64,000 nucleotides of DNA from Chrysomallon squamiferum (GCA_012295275.1 CM022679.1:24552001-24616000), one strand, 5' to 3'; counted from the stretch's first letter, positions 11,107 through 25,463 are shown. Numbers and translations: made by a program. Notes: generated by a model not told the origin, from the sequence alone.

Positions 11107-11406
11107 GCCGGGAGTTGTGGCGAGCTCCTGTAATCCAGCTACTTGGAAGCATAGGTCTGTGGACAGCTTGAGTTCGGGGGTTCTGCTCTCTGGTGCTCTG
11201 TGTTGATTGGATGTCCGCACTAAGCTCGGCATCGATATGGTTTAACTCGCGGAGGCGAGAGAAACCAGGTTGTCTAAGGAGGGACGTAATGGCCCAGGGC
11301 GGAAACGCAGCAGGCAAAAAGTCTCCGTGTCGAGTAGTAGTGGGATCGCGTCCGAGAATAGGCACTGGTTAGCAGCCTAGACAATACAGCTGAACCTTAC
11401 CTTTTT
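11107..11406 (+). ncRNA. 7SL: 7SL (SRP) RNA, copy 3
   Basis: As copy 1. Confidence 0.95.
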
Positions 11407-11809
11407 ATCAGTTATTATTGTTATTTTCCTTTATGCTCTGAGATTTCCATCTAATCCTTTCGAAATAAAGCGACAAGTGAAACAGTTATTTTCATTGCAA
11501 GCTAATGTTTTCTCTGTCGGAATGCTAGCTGCAAAAGAAAATTAGAATTATGGTGTTTTATTTCGTCATGTTCGCTAATGCGTTAGCTCCGCAGTATTAT
11601 CCCTATTTATTATTTCTTTTTATTTCCCTTCCGGATGTGCATATCTCATATGATTAATATTTGTCCTCGATTGTTTGCAATAGCAGTCTCAATAAATTAG
11701 AACATTTATCCGAAACTAATATAATTAACAGAAAATATTTTGAAAGATTCGATAATAATAATAACAATAATTATCAAAAAAAAAAAAAAAAAAAAATAAG
11801 GAAAATGAA

Positions 11810-11929
11810 ATGTCTACAGCACTCGGTGTTCCCAGGCGGTCACCCATCCAAGTACTAACCGAGCCCTACGTTGCTTAACTTCGGTGATCGGACGAGAACC
11901 GGTGTTTTCAACGTGGTATGGCCGTAGAC
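11810..11929 (-). rRNA. 5S: 5S rRNA, copy 3
   Basis: As copy 1. Confidence 0.97.
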
Positions 11930-12429
11930 AACAGTACATCGAAAATAATCGTATACGTGAATAATTTTACGGCGTCAGGTTAACATGATTTCTTTCTTCT
12001 TTCGTCGTTCGTATTATTAGTTGTTTCCAATTCTTATTTCTTCGCTACTGAGAAAACAAAAATAAGCACGTCGATATAATCACGTGGTTGCACTCCGAAT
12101 CATCGGTATATTTCACCGCGCTCGGGATTCTTCGGCGAAAATGTGCATTCTCTATATTAAACGGATCAGCAATCGGAAACTGTATCAAGACCAGAACATA
12201 CCTCCACCTCAACTCCGTGTTATTCTTCTCGCGATAAAATCGCACTTATTTATACATGTATCAATAATCCACTGCCCTCTCTTATGCACTGAGTGCACGC
12301 CACAAACAGTGACGTTATCTCATTTCATTGTCACTGAATACAGTAACGGCCCTTAGTGTTTCGAAGACGTTGTTGTTCACGTACGTTATTGCTGTTGTCG
12401 TTACAGGGAATTCCACTGGTACTATTATT

Positions 12430-12465
<36 letters not shown>

Positions 12466-12769
12466 ATTCTTGCTGCTGCTGCTGCTGCCTTTGATTTCAG
12501 TATTATTAGTATTATAATAATACATTTGTTTTCTTTATTTGTGTATTCAGTCAGTGAGTCAGTCAGTGAAATCATTTATTATTTACAGATTCGTTTCCAG
12601 GGATATGGAAATGGGGAGGAAAAAAAAAAATGTATCTTTAAAAAATAAATGAAATAAAATAGAATCAAAGAAAATATGGCAATTGTGTGCAGTCACTTTC
12701 ACGTGATTTGCATGGCCCTTAAAAAAGAGCCGCCGTTTCAAAGGCATAATTATGTGCTTTCGGCTCATT

Positions 12770-13072
12770 TCACTGCATGTATTCGTCATCGGATTCCGAT
12801 TCGGGCGAAACGATTGACAATCGCATCCTCAGTTCGGCCACCGTTTCTGCTTTCCAGCAGGCGTATTCGTAGTAGGAATTACGCACACCCTCAACAGTGG
12901 CCATTTTCAGGCGCAAGTTGTATCGGAACGATTTGTGGTTGTCCACTCTGGCTTTGTCGTATCGGAGTTGCAGGTCTTCCAGCTTGCTGTTCAGCATGAC
13001 AATCTGCTCGCAGGCTCGTCTGAAGCGATTCTCTGTTTCGTAGAGTGCAGCGTACAGACTGAATTTCTCCAT
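12770..13072 (-). CDS. Orphan 100-aa protein, copy 4
   Basis: Same translation as copy 1. Confidence 0.8.
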   Translation of the reverse strand: MEKFSLYAALYETENRFRRACEQIVMLNSKLEDLQLRYDKARVDNHKSFRYNLRLKMATVEGVRNSYYEYACWKAETVAELRMRLSIVSPESESDDEYMQ

Positions 13073-13707
13073 AGTTTTCCAATGACTTTCTGTAAATTCC
13101 AATCAAAACTGAATGTGGAAGAAACAGAAGCGCCTACCTTATATTCCTAGTAATTATGACACGCACTAATACTCAATGCCATGTCAATTACATACACATC
13201 GTAAACAAATCAGGCAGTACTCAAATGTCAGTCAATTAGCTGATCTAATAACAACGAGGAATGACGTAATCAATAGAAACAACAGTTAGCAAACCCGAAC
13301 ATAACGGTAATTTATTCAAGTACTGCTGCTGTTACTTTTATGTTCAACCTCAACTGCTGATACTAACATCACAATTACTACCACTGCTAGATACACTTAG
13401 GAAAATATGGAGACAGTGAGAGCGGAGAACTGTGGTGCACAAAGAGGACGAAATAGACGAAAAATTACTTGTAAATCCGACTGCATTTCTGTATTTCTTA
13501 ACGATGTAATAATAATAATGATAACAGTTAATAATAAGAAGCTCTAGAGCAAGCATAAATATTACGCATCACTGAAAATAATTTAGTAAACATCATTATG
13601 AAATAAATGAATAAATCGATAAATCGATAAATTAATAAACAAACAAACAAATAAATAAATATTCCGGATCGCCGGACATAAATCAATAAAAATCGCACCT
13701 ATTAATC

Positions 13708-14005
13708 GCCGGGAGTTGTGGCGAGCTCCTGTAATCCAGCTACTTGGAAGCATAGGTCTGTGGACAGCTTGAGTTCGGGGTTCTGCTCTCTGGTGCTCTG
13801 TGTTGATTGGATGTCCGCACTAAGCTCGGCATCGATATGGTTTAACTCGCGGAGGCGAGAGAAACCAGGTTGTCTAAGGAGGGACGTAATGGCCCAGGGC
13901 GGAAACGCAGCAGGCAAAAGTCTCCGTGTCGAGTAGTAGTGGGATCGCGTCCGAGAATAGGCACTGGTTAGCAGCCTAGACAATACAGCTGAACCTTACC
14001 TTTTT
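13708..14005 (+). ncRNA. 7SL: 7SL (SRP) RNA, copy 4
   Basis: As copy 1. Confidence 0.95.
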
Positions 14006-14404
14006 ATCAGTTATTATTGTTATTTTCCTTTATGCTCTGAGATTTCCATCTAATCCTTTCGAAATAAAGCGACAAGTGAAACAGTTATTTTCATTGCAAG
14101 CTAATGTTTTCTCTGTCGGAATGCTAGCTGCAAAAGAAAATTAGAATTATGGTGTTTTATTTCGTCATGTTCGCTAATGCGTTAGCTCCGCAGTATTATC
14201 CCTATTTATTATTTCTTTTTATTTCCCTTCCGGATGTGCATATCTCATATGATTAATATTTGTCCTCGATTGTTTGCAATAGCAGTCTCAATAAATTAGA
14301 ACATTTATCCGAAAAACTAATATAATTAACAGAAAATATTTTGAAAGATTCGATAATAATAATAACAATAATTATCAAAAAAAAAAAAAAAAAAAAAAAT
14401 GAAA

Positions 14405-14524
14405 ATGTCTACAGCACTCGGTGTTCCCAGGCGGTCACCCATCCAAGTACTAACCGAGCCCTACGTTGCTTAACTTCGGTGATCGGACGAGAACCGGTGT
14501 TTTCAACGTGGTATGGCCGTAGAC
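14405..14524 (-). rRNA. 5S: 5S rRNA, copy 4
   Basis: As copy 1. Confidence 0.97.
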
Positions 14525-15024
14525 AACAGTACATCGAAAATAATCGTATACGTGAATAATTTTACGGCGTCAGGTTAACATGATTTCTTTCTTCTTTCGT
14601 CGTTCGTATTATTAGTTGTTTCCAATTCTTATTTCTTCGCTACTGAGAAAACAAAAATAAGCACGTCGATATAATCACGTGGTTGCACTCCGAATCATCG
14701 GTATATTTCACCGCGCTCGGGATTCTTCGGCGAAAATGTGCATTCTCTATATTAAACGGATCAGCAATCGGAAACTGTATCAAGACCAGAACATACCTCC
14801 ACCTCAACTCCGTGTTATTCTTCTCGCGATAAAATCGCACTTATTTATACATGTATCAATAATCCACTGCCCTCTCTTATGCACTGAGTGCACGCCACAA
14901 ACAGTGACGTTATCTCATTTCATTGTCACTGAATACAGTAACGGCCCTTAGTGTTTCGAAGACGTTGTTGTTCACGTACGTTATTGCTGTTGTCGTTACA
15001 GGGAATTCCACTGGTACTATTATT

Positions 15025-15057
<33 letters not shown>

Positions 15058-15360
15058 ATTCTTGCTGCTGCTGCTGCTGCCTTTGATTTCAGTATTATTA
15101 GTATTATAATAATACATTTGTTTTCTTTATTTGTGTATTCAGTCAGTGAGTCAGTCAGTGAAATCATTTATTATTTACAGATTCGTTTCCAGGGATATGG
15201 AAATGGGGAGGAAAAAAAAAAAATGTATCTTTAAAAAATAAATGAAATAAAATAGAATCAAAGAAAATATGGCAATTGTGTGCAGTCACTTTCACGTGAT
15301 TTGCATGGCCCTTAAAAGAGCCGCCGTTTCAAAGGCATAATTATGTGCTTTCGGCTCATT

Positions 15361-15663
15361 TCACTGCATGTATTCGTCATCGGATTCCGATTCGGGCGAA
15401 ACGATTGACAATCGCATCCTCAGTTCGGCCACCGTTTCTGCTTTCCAGCAGGCGTATTCGTAGTAGGAATTACGCACACCCTCAACAGTGGCCATTTTCA
15501 GGCGCAAGTTGTATCGGAACGATTTGTGGTTGTCCACTCTGGCTTTGTCGTATCGGAGTTGCAGGTCTTCCAGCTTGCTGTTCAGCATGACAATCTGCTC
15601 GCAGGCTCGTCTGAAGCGATTCTCTGTTTCGTAGAGTGCAGCGTACAGACTGAATTTCTCCAT
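15361..15663 (-). CDS. Orphan 100-aa protein, copy 5
   Basis: Same translation as copy 1. Confidence 0.8.
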   Translation of the reverse strand: MEKFSLYAALYETENRFRRACEQIVMLNSKLEDLQLRYDKARVDNHKSFRYNLRLKMATVEGVRNSYYEYACWKAETVAELRMRLSIVSPESESDDEYMQ

Positions 15664-16300
15664 AGTTTTCCAATGACTTTCTGTAAATTCCAATCAAAAC
15701 TGAATGTGGAAGAAACAGAAGCGCCTACCTTATATTCCTAGTAATTATGACACACGCACTAATACTCAATGCCATGTCAATTACATACACATCGTAAACA
15801 AATCAGGCAGTACTCAAATGTCAGTCAATTAGCTGATCTAATAACAACGAGGAATGACGTAATCAATAGAAACAACAGTTAGCAAACCCGAACATAACGG
15901 TAATTTATTCAAGTACTGCTGCTGTTACTTTTATGTTCAACCTCAACTGCTGATACTAACATCACAATTACTACCACTGCTAGATACACTTAGGAAAATA
16001 TGGAGACAGTGAGAGCGGAGAACTGTGGTGCACAAAGAGGACGAAATAGACGAAAAATTACTTGTAAATCCGACTGCATTTCTGTATTTCTTAACGATGT
16101 AATAATAATAATGATAACAGTTAATAATAAGAAGCTCTAGAGCAAGCATAAATATTACGCATCACTGAAAATAATTTAGTAAACATCATTATGAAATAAA
16201 TGAATAAATCGATAAATCGATAAATTAATAAACAAACAAACAAATAAATAAATATTCCGGATCGCCGGACATAAATCAATAAAAATCGCACCTATTAATC

Positions 16301-16599
16301 GCCGGGAGTTGTGGCGAGCTCCTGTAATCCAGCTACTTGGAAGCATAGGTCTGTGGACAGCTTGAGTTCGGGGGTTCTGCTCTCTGGTGCTCTGTGTTGA
16401 TTGGATGTCCGCACTAAGCTCGGCATCGATATGGTTTAACTCGCGGAGGCGAGAGAAACCAGGTTGTCTAAGGAGGGACGTAATGGCCCAGGGCGGAAAC
16501 GCAGCAGGCAAAAGTCTCCGTGTCGAGTAGTAGTGGGATCGCGTCCGAGAATAGGCACTGGTTAGCAGCCTAGACAATACAGCTGAACCTTACCTTTTT
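16301..16599 (+). ncRNA. 7SL: 7SL (SRP) RNA, copy 5
   Basis: As copy 1. Confidence 0.95.
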
Positions 16600-17003
16600 A
16601 TCAGTTATTATTGTTATTTTCCTTTATGCTCTGAGATTTCCATCTAATCCTTTCGAAATAAAGCGACAAGTGAAACAGTTATTTTCATTGCAAGCTAATG
16701 TTTTCTCTGTCGGAATGCTAGCTGCAAAAGAAAATTAGAATTATGGTGGTGTTTTATTTCGTCATGTTCGCTAATGCGTTAGCTCCGCAGTATTATCCCT
16801 ATTTATTATTTCTTTTTATTTCCCTTCCGGATGTGCATATCTCATATGATTAATATTTGTCCTCGATTGTTTGCAATAGCAGTCTCAATAAATTAGAACA
16901 TTTATCCGAAACTAATATAATTAACAGAAAATATTTTGAAAGATTCGATAATAATAATAACAATAATTATCAAAAAAAAAAAAAAAAAAATAAGGAAAAT
17001 GAA

Positions 17004-17123
17004 ATGTCTACAGCACTCGGTGTTCCCAGGCGGTCACCCATCCAAGTACTAACCGAGCCCTACGTTGCTTAACTTCGGTGATCGGACGAGAACCGGTGTT
17101 TTCAACGTGGTATGGCCGTAGAC
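17004..17123 (-). rRNA. 5S: 5S rRNA, copy 5
   Basis: As copy 1. Confidence 0.97.
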
Positions 17124-17623
17124 AACAGTACATCGAAAATAATCGTATACGTGAATAATTTTACGGCGTCAGGTTAACATGATTTCTTTCTTCTTTCGTC
17201 GTTCGTATTATTAGTTGTTTCCAATTCTTATTTCTTCGCTACTGAGAAAACAAAAATAAGCACGTCGATATAATCACGTGGTTGCACTCCGAATCATCGG
17301 TATATTTCACCGCGCTCGGGATTCTTCGGCGAAAATGTGCATTCTCTATATTAAACGGATCAGCAATCGGAAACTGTATCAAGACCAGAACATACCTCCA
17401 CCTCAACTCCGTGTTATTCTTCTCGCGATAAAATCGCACTTATTTATACATGTATCAATAATCCACTGCCCTCTCTTATGCACTGAGTGCACGCCACAAA
17501 CAGTGACGTTATCTCATTTCATTGTCACTGAATACAGTAACGGCCCTTAGTGTTTCGAAGACGTTGTTGTTCACGTACGTTATTGCTGTTGTCGTTACAG
17601 GGAATTCCACTGGTACTATTATT

Positions 17624-17662
<39 letters not shown>

Positions 17663-17968
17663 ATTCTTGCTGCTGCTGCTGCTGCCTTTGATTTCAGTAT
17701 TATTAGTATTATAATAATACATTTGTTTTCTTTATTTGTGTATTCAGTCAGTGAGATCAGTCAGTGAAATCATTTATTATTTACAGATTCGTTTCCAGGG
17801 ATATGGAAATGGGGAGGAAAAAAAAAAAAAATGTATCTTTAAAAATAAATGAAATAAAATAGAATCAAAGAAAATATGGCAATTGTGTGCAGTCACTTTC
17901 ACGTGATTTGCATGGCCCTTAAAAAGAGCCGCCGTTTCAAAGGCATAATTATGTGCTTTCGGCTCATT

Positions 17969-18271
17969 TCACTGCATGTATTCGTCATCGGATTCCGATT
18001 CGGGCGAAACGATTGACAATCGCATCCTCAGTTCGGCCACCGTTTCTGCTTTCCAGCAGGCGTATTCGTAGTAGGAATTACGCACACCCTCAACAGTGGC
18101 CATTTTCAGGCGCAAGTTGTATCGGAACGATTTGTGGTTGTCCACTCTGGCTTTGTCGTATCGGAGTTGCAGGTCTTCCAGCTTGCTGTTCAGCATGACA
18201 ATCTGCTCGCAGGCTCGTCTGAAGCGATTCTCTGTTTCGTAGAGTGCAGCGTACAGACTGAATTTCTCCAT
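17969..18271 (-). CDS. Orphan 100-aa protein, copy 6
   Basis: Same translation as copy 1. Confidence 0.8.
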   Translation of the reverse strand: MEKFSLYAALYETENRFRRACEQIVMLNSKLEDLQLRYDKARVDNHKSFRYNLRLKMATVEGVRNSYYEYACWKAETVAELRMRLSIVSPESESDDEYMQ

Positions 18272-18906
18272 AGTTTTCCAATGACTTTCTGTAAATTCCA
18301 ATCAAAACTGAATGTGGAAGAAACAGAAGCGCCTACCTTATATTCCTAGTAATTATGACACGCACTAATACTCAATGCCATGTCAATTACATACACATCG
18401 TAAACAAATCAGGCAGTACTCAAATGTCAGTCAATTAGCTGATCTAATAACAACGAGGAATGACGTAATCAATAGAAACAACAGTTAGCAAACCCGAACA
18501 TAACGGTAATTTATTCAAGTACTGCTGCTGTTACTTTTATGTTTAACCTCAACTGCTGATACTAACATCACAATTACTACCACTGCTAGATACACTTAGG
18601 AAAATATGGAGACAGTGAGAGCGGAGAACTGTGGTGCACAAAGAGGACGAAATAGACGAAAAATTACTTGTAAATCCGACTGCATTTCTGTATTTCTTAA
18701 CGATGTAATAATAATAATGATAACAGTTAATAATAAGAAGCTCTAGAGCAAGCATAAATATTACGCATCACTGAAAATAATTTAGTAAACATCATTATGA
18801 AATAAATGAATAAATCGATAAATCGATAAATTAATAAACAAACAAACAAATAAATAAATATTCCGGATCGCCGGACATAAATCAATAAAAATCGCACCTA
18901 TTAATC

Positions 18907-19205
18907 GCCGGGAGTTGTGGCGAGCTCCTGTAATCCAGCTACTTGGAAGCATAGGTCTGTGGACAGCTTGAGTTCGGGGGTTCTGCTCTCTGGTGCTCTG
19001 TGTTGATTGGATGTCCGCACTAAGCTCGGCATCGATATGGTTTAACTCGCGGAGGCGAGAGAAACCAGGTTGTCTAAGGAGGGACGTAATGGCCCAGGGC
19101 GGAAACGCAGCAGGCAAAAGTCTCCGTGTCGAGTAGTAGTGGGATCGCGTCCGAGAATAGGCACTGGTTAGCAGCCTAGACAATACAGCTGAACCTTACC
19201 TTTTT
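18907..19205 (+). ncRNA. 7SL: 7SL (SRP) RNA, copy 6
   Basis: As copy 1. Confidence 0.95.
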
Positions 19206-19603
19206 ATCAGTTATTATTGTTATTTTCCTTTATGCTCTGAGATTTCCATCTAATCCTTTCGAAATAAAGCGACAAGTGAAACAGTTATTTTCATTGCAAG
19301 CTAATGTTTTCTCTGTCGGAATGCTAGCTGCAAAAAGAAAATTAGAATTATGGTGTTTTATTTCGTCATGTTCGCTAATGCGTTAGCTCCGCAGTATTAT
19401 CCCTATTTATTATTTCTTTTTATTTCCCTTCCGGATGTGCATATCTCATATGATTAATATTTGTCCTCGATTGTTTGCAATAGCAGTCTCAATAAATTAG
19501 AACATTTATCCGAAACTAATATAATTAACAGAAAATATTTTGAAAGATTCGATAATAATAACAACAATAATTATCAAAAAAAAAAAAAAAAAAAAAAAAT
19601 GAA

Positions 19604-19723
19604 ATGTCTACAGCACTCGGTGTTCCCAGGCGGTCACCCATCCAAGTACTAACCGAGCCCTACGTTGCTTAACTTCGGTGATCGGACGAGAACCGGTGTT
19701 TTCAACGTGGTATGGCCGTAGAC
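19604..19723 (-). rRNA. 5S: 5S rRNA, copy 6
   Basis: As copy 1. Confidence 0.97.
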
Positions 19724-20223
19724 AACAGTACATCGAAAATAATCGTATACGTGAATAATTTTACGGCGTCAGGTTAACATGATTTCTTTCTTCTTTCGTC
19801 GTTCGTATTATTAGTTGTTTCCAATTCTTATTTCTTCGCTACTGAGAAAACAAAAATAAGCACGTCGATATAATCACGTGGTTGCACTCCGAATCATCGG
19901 TATATTTCACCGCGCTCGGGAGTCTTCGGCGAAAATGTGCATTCTCTATATTAAACGGATCAGCAATCGGAAACTGTATCAAGACCAGAACATACCTCCA
20001 CGTCAACTCCGTGTTATTCTTCTCGCGATAAAATCGCACTTATTTATACATGTATCAATAATCCACTGCCCTCTCTTATGCACTGAGTGCACGCCACAAA
20101 CAGTGACGTTATCTCATTTCATTGTCACTGAATACAGTAACGGCCCTTAGTGTTTCGAAGACGTTGTTGTTCACGTACGTTATTGCTGTTGTCGTTACAG
20201 GGAATTCCACTGGTACTATTATT

Positions 20224-20259
<36 letters not shown>

Positions 20260-20566
20260 ATTCTTGCTGCTGCTGCTGCTGCCTTTGATTTCAGTATTAT
20301 TAGTATTATAATAATACATTTGTTTTCTTTATTTGTGTTCATTCAGTCAGTGAGTCAGTCAGTGAAATCATTTATTATTTACAGATTCGTTTCCAGGGAT
20401 ATGGAAATGGGGAGGAAAAAAAAAAAAAATGTATCTTTAAAAAATAAATGAAATAAAATAGAATCAAAGAAAATATGGCAATTGTGTGCAGTCACTTTCA
20501 CGTGATTTGCATGGCCCTTAAAAGAGCCGCCGTTTCAAAGGCATAATTATGTGCTTTCGGCTCATT

Positions 20567-20869
20567 TCACTGCATGTATTCGTCATCGGATTCCGATTCG
20601 GGCGAAACGATTGACAATCGCATCCTCAGTTCGGCCACCGTTTCTGCTTTCCAGCAGGCGTATTCGTAGTAGGAATTACGCACACCCTCAACAGTGGCCA
20701 TTTTCAGGCGCAAGTTGTATCGGAACGATTTGTGGTTGTCCACTCTGGCTTTGTCGTATCGGAGTTGCAGGTCTTCCAGCTTGCTGTTCAGCATGACAAT
20801 CTGCTCGCAGGCTCGTCTGAAGCGATTCTCTGTTTCGTAGAGTGCAGCGTACAGACTGAATTTCTCCAT
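20567..20869 (-). CDS. Orphan 100-aa protein, copy 7
   Basis: Same translation as copy 1. Confidence 0.8.
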   Translation of the reverse strand: MEKFSLYAALYETENRFRRACEQIVMLNSKLEDLQLRYDKARVDNHKSFRYNLRLKMATVEGVRNSYYEYACWKAETVAELRMRLSIVSPESESDDEYMQ

Positions 20870-21504
20870 AGTTTTCCAATGACTTTCTGTAAATTCCAAT
20901 CAAAACTGAATGTGGAAGAAACAGAAGCGCCTACCTTATATTCCTAGTAATTATGACACGCACTAATACTCAATGCCATGTCAATTACATACACATCGTA
21001 AACAAATCAGGCAGTACTCAAATGTCAGTCAATTAGCTGATCTAATAACAACGAGGAATGACGTAATCAATAGAAACAACAGTTAGCAAACCCGAACATA
21101 ACGGTAATTTATTCAAGTACTGCTGCTGTTACTTTTATGTTTAACCTCAACTGCTGATACTAACATCACAATTACTACCACTGCTAGATACACTTAGGAA
21201 AATATGGAGACAGTGAGAGCGGAGAACTGTGGTGCACAAAGAGGACGAAATAGACGAAAAATTACTTGTAAATCCGACTGCATTTCTGTATTTCTTAACG
21301 ATGTAATAATAATAATGATAACAGTTAATAATAAGAAGCTCTAGAGCAAGCATAAATATTACGCATCACTGAAAATAATTTAGTAAACATCATTATGAAA
21401 TAAATGAATAAATCGATAAATCGATAAATTAATAAACAAACAAACAAATAAATAAATATTCCGGATCGCCGGACATAAATCAATAAAAATCGCACCTATT
21501 AATC

Positions 21505-21803
21505 GCCGGGAGTTGTGGCGAGCTCCTGTAATCCAGCTACTTGGAAGCATAGGTCTGTGGACAGCTTGAGTTCGGGGTTCTGCTCTCTGGTGCTCTGTGT
21601 TGATTGGATGTCCGCACTAAGCTCGGCATCGATATGGTTTAACTCGGCGGAGGCGAGAGAAACCAGGTTGTCTAAGGAGGGACGTAATGGCCCAGGGCGG
21701 AAACGCAGCAGGCAAAAGTCTCCGTGTCGAGTAGTAGTGGGATCGCGTCCGAGAATAGGCACTGGTTAGCAGCCTAGACAATACAGCTGAACCTTACCTT
21801 TTT
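21505..21803 (+). ncRNA. 7SL: 7SL (SRP) RNA, copy 7
   Basis: As copy 1, with one extra G in helix 6. Confidence 0.93.
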
Positions 21804-22212
21804 ATCAGTTATTATTGTTATTTTCCTTTATGCTCTGAGATTTCCATCTAATCCTTTCGAAATAAAGCGACAAGTGAAACAGTTATTTTCATTGCAAGCT
21901 AATGTTTTCTCTGTCGGAATGCTAGCTGCAAAAGAAAATTAGAATTATGGTGTTTTATTTCGTCATGTTCGCTAATGCGTTAGCTCCGCAGTATTATCCC
22001 TATTTATTATTTCTTTTTTTTTTCCCTTCCGGATGTGCATATCTCATATGATTAATATTTGTCCTCGATTGTTTGCAATAGCAGTCTCAATAAATTAGAA
22101 CATTTATCCGAAACTAATATAATTAACAGAAAATATTTTGAAAGATTCGATAATAATAACAACAATAATTATCAAAAAAAAAAAAAAAAAAAAAAAAAAT
22201 AAGGAAAATGAA

Positions 22213-22332
22213 ATGTCTACAGCACTCGGTGTTCCCAGGCGGTCACCCATCCAAGTACTAACCGAGCCCTACGTTGCTTAACTTCGGTGATCGGACGAGA
22301 ACCGGTGTTTTCAACGTGGTATGGCCGTAGAC
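22213..22332 (-). rRNA. 5S: 5S rRNA, copy 7
   Basis: As copy 1. Confidence 0.97.
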
Positions 22333-22835
22333 AACAGTACATCGAAAATAATCGTATACGTGAATAATTTTACGGCGTCAGGTTAACATGATTTCTTTCT
22401 TCTTTCGTCGTTCGTATTATTAGTTGTTTCCAATTCTTATTTCTTCGCTACTGAGAAAACAAAAAAAATAAGCACGTCGATATAATCACGTGGTTGCACT
22501 CCGAATCATCGGTATATTTCACCGCGCTCGGGAGTCTTCGGCGAAAATGTGCATTCTCTATATTAAACGGATCAGCAATCGGAAACTGTATCAAGACCAG
22601 AACATACCTCCACGTCAACTCCGTGTTATTCTTCTCGCGATAAAATCGCACTTATTTATACATGTATCAATAATCCACTGCCCTCTCTTATGCACTGAGT
22701 GCACGCCACAAACAGTGACGTTATCTCATTTCATTGTCACTGAATACAGTAACGGCCCTTAGTGTTTCGAAGACGTTGTTGTTCACGTACGTTATTGCTG
22801 TTGTCGTTACAGGGAATTCCACTGGTACTATTATT

Positions 22836-22871
<36 letters not shown>

Positions 22872-23161
22872 ATTCTTGCTGCTGCTGCTGCTGCCTTTGA
22901 TTTCAGTATTATTAGTATTATAATAATACATTTGTTTTCTTTATTTGTGTATTCAGTCAGTGAAATCATTTATTATTTACAGATTCGTTTCCAGGGATAT
23001 GGAAATGGGGAGGAAAAAAAAAAATGTATCTTTAAAAAATAAATGAAATAAAATAGAATCAAAGAAAATATGGCAATTGTGTGCAGTCACTTTCACGTGA
23101 TTTGCATGGCCCTTAAAAGAGCCGCCGTTTCAAAGGCATAATTATGTGCTTTCGGCTCATT

Positions 23162-23464
23162 TCACTGCATGTATTCGTCATCGGATTCCGATTCGGGCGA
23201 AACGATTGACAATCGCATCCTCAGTTCGGCCACCGTTTCTGCTTTCCAGCAGGCGTATTCGTAGTAGGAATTACGCACACCCTCAACAGTGGCCATTTTC
23301 AGGCGCAAGTTGTATCGGAACGATTTGTGGTTGTCCACTCTGGCTTTGTCGTATCGGAGTTGCAGGTCTTCCAGCTTGCTGTTCAGCATGACAATCTGCT
23401 CGCAGGCTCGTCTGAAGCGATTCTCTGTTTCGTAGAGTGCAGCGTACAGACTGAATTTCTCCAT
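23162..23464 (-). CDS. Orphan 100-aa protein, copy 8
   Basis: Same translation as copy 1. Confidence 0.8.
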   Translation of the reverse strand: MEKFSLYAALYETENRFRRACEQIVMLNSKLEDLQLRYDKARVDNHKSFRYNLRLKMATVEGVRNSYYEYACWKAETVAELRMRLSIVSPESESDDEYMQ

Positions 23465-24099
23465 AGTTTTCCAATGACTTTCTGTAAATTCCAATCAAAA
23501 CTGAATGTGGAAGAAACAGAAGCGCCTACCTTATATTCCTAGTAATTATGACACGCACTAATACTCAATGCCATGTCAATTACATACACATCGTAAACAA
23601 ATCAGGCAGTACTCAAATGTCAGTCAATTAGCTGATCTAATAACAACGAGGAATGACGTAATCAATAGAAACAACAGTTAGCAAACCCGAACATAACGGT
23701 AATTTATTCAAGTACTGCTGCTGTTACTTTTATGTTTAACCTCAACTGCTGATACTAACATCACAATTACTACCACTGCTAGATACACTTAGGAAAATAT
23801 GGAGACAGTGAGAGCGGAGAACTGTGGTGCACAAAGAGGACGAAATAGACGAAAAATTACTTGTAAATCCGACTGCATTTCTGTATTTCTTAACGATGTA
23901 ATAATAATAATGATAACAGTTAATAATAAGAAGCTCTAGAGCAAGCATAAATATTACGCATCACTGAAAATAATTTAGTAAACATCATTATGAAATAAAT
24001 GAATAAATCGATAAATCGATAAATTAATAAACAAACAAACAAATAAATAAATATTCCGGATCGCCGGACATAAATCAATAAAAATCGCACCTATTAATC

Positions 24100-24400
24100 G
24101 CCGGGAGTTGTGGCGAGCTCCTGTAATCCAGCTACTTGGAAGCATAGGTCTGTGGACAGCTTGAGTTCGGGGGTTCTGCTCTCTGGTGCTCTGTGTTGAT
24201 TGGATGTCCGCACTAAGCTCGGCATCGATATGGTTTAACTCGCGGAGGCGAGAGAAACCAGGTTGTCTAAGGAGGGACGTAATGGCCCAGGGCGGAAACG
24301 CAGCAGGCAAAAAAAGTCTCCGTGTCGAGTAGTAGTGGGATCGCGTCCGAGAATAGGCACTGGTTAGCAGCCTAGACAATACAGCTGAACCTTACCTTTT
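24100..24400 (+). ncRNA. 7SL: 7SL (SRP) RNA, copy 8
   Basis: As copy 1, with a longer A run after helix 8. Confidence 0.93.
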
Positions 24401-24800
24401 ATCAGTTATTATTGTTATTTTCCTTTATGCTCTGAGATTTCCATCTAATCCTTTCGAAATAAAGCGACAAGTGAAACAGTTATTTTCATTGCAAGCTAAT
24501 GTTTTCTCTGTCGGAATGCTAGCTGCAAAAGAAAATTAGAATTATGGTGTTTTATTTCGTCATGTTCGCTAATGCGTTAGCTCCGCAGTATTATCCCTAT
24601 TTATTATTTCTTTTATTTCCCTTCCGGATGTGCATATCTCATATGATTAATATTTGTCCTCGATTGTTTGCAATAGCAGTCTCAATAAATTAGAACATTT
24701 ATCCGAAACTAATATAATTAACAGAAAATATTTTGAAAGATTCGATAATAATAACAACAATAATTATCAAAAAAAAAAAAAAAAAAAAGGAAAAAATGAA

Positions 24801-24920
24801 ATGTCTACAGCACTCGGTGTTCCCAGGCGGTCACCCATCCAAGTACTAACCGAGCCCTACGTTGCTTAACTTCGGTGATCGGACGAGAACCGGTGTTTTC
24901 AACGTGGTATGGCCGTAGAC
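24801..24920 (-). rRNA. 5S: 5S rRNA, copy 8
   Basis: As copy 1. Confidence 0.97.
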
Positions 24921-25421
24921 AACAGTACATCGAAAATAATCGTATACGTGAATAATTTTACGGCGTCAGGTTAACATGATTTCTTTCTTCTTTCGTCGTT
25001 CGTATTATTAGTTGTTTCCAATTCTTATTTCTTCGCTACTGAGAAAACAAAAAAAAAGCACGTCGATATAATCACGTGGTTGCACTCCGAATCATCGGTA
25101 TATTTCACCGCGCTCGGGAGTCTTCGGCGAAAATGTGCATTCTCTATATTAAACGGATCAGCAATCGGAAACTGTATCAAGACCAGAACATACCTCCACG
25201 TCAACTCCGTGTTATTCTTCTCGCGATAAAATCGCACTTATTTATACATGTATCAATAATCCACTGCCCTCTCTTATGCACTGAGTGCACGCCACAAACA
25301 GTGACGTTATCTCATTTCATTGTCACTGAATACAGTAACGGCCCTTAGTGTTTCGAAGACGTTGTTGTTCACGTACGTTATTGCTGTTGTCGTTACAGGG
25401 AATTCCACTGGTACTATTATT

Positions 25422-25463
<42 letters not shown>

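Noticed and set aside
12714-17930. Stem-loop variants with 5-6 nt loops in copies 4 and 6, and G4/G5 or A-run variants in 7SL
   Set aside because: All are homopolymer-length differences typical of long-read consensus error; not treated as biological without read support
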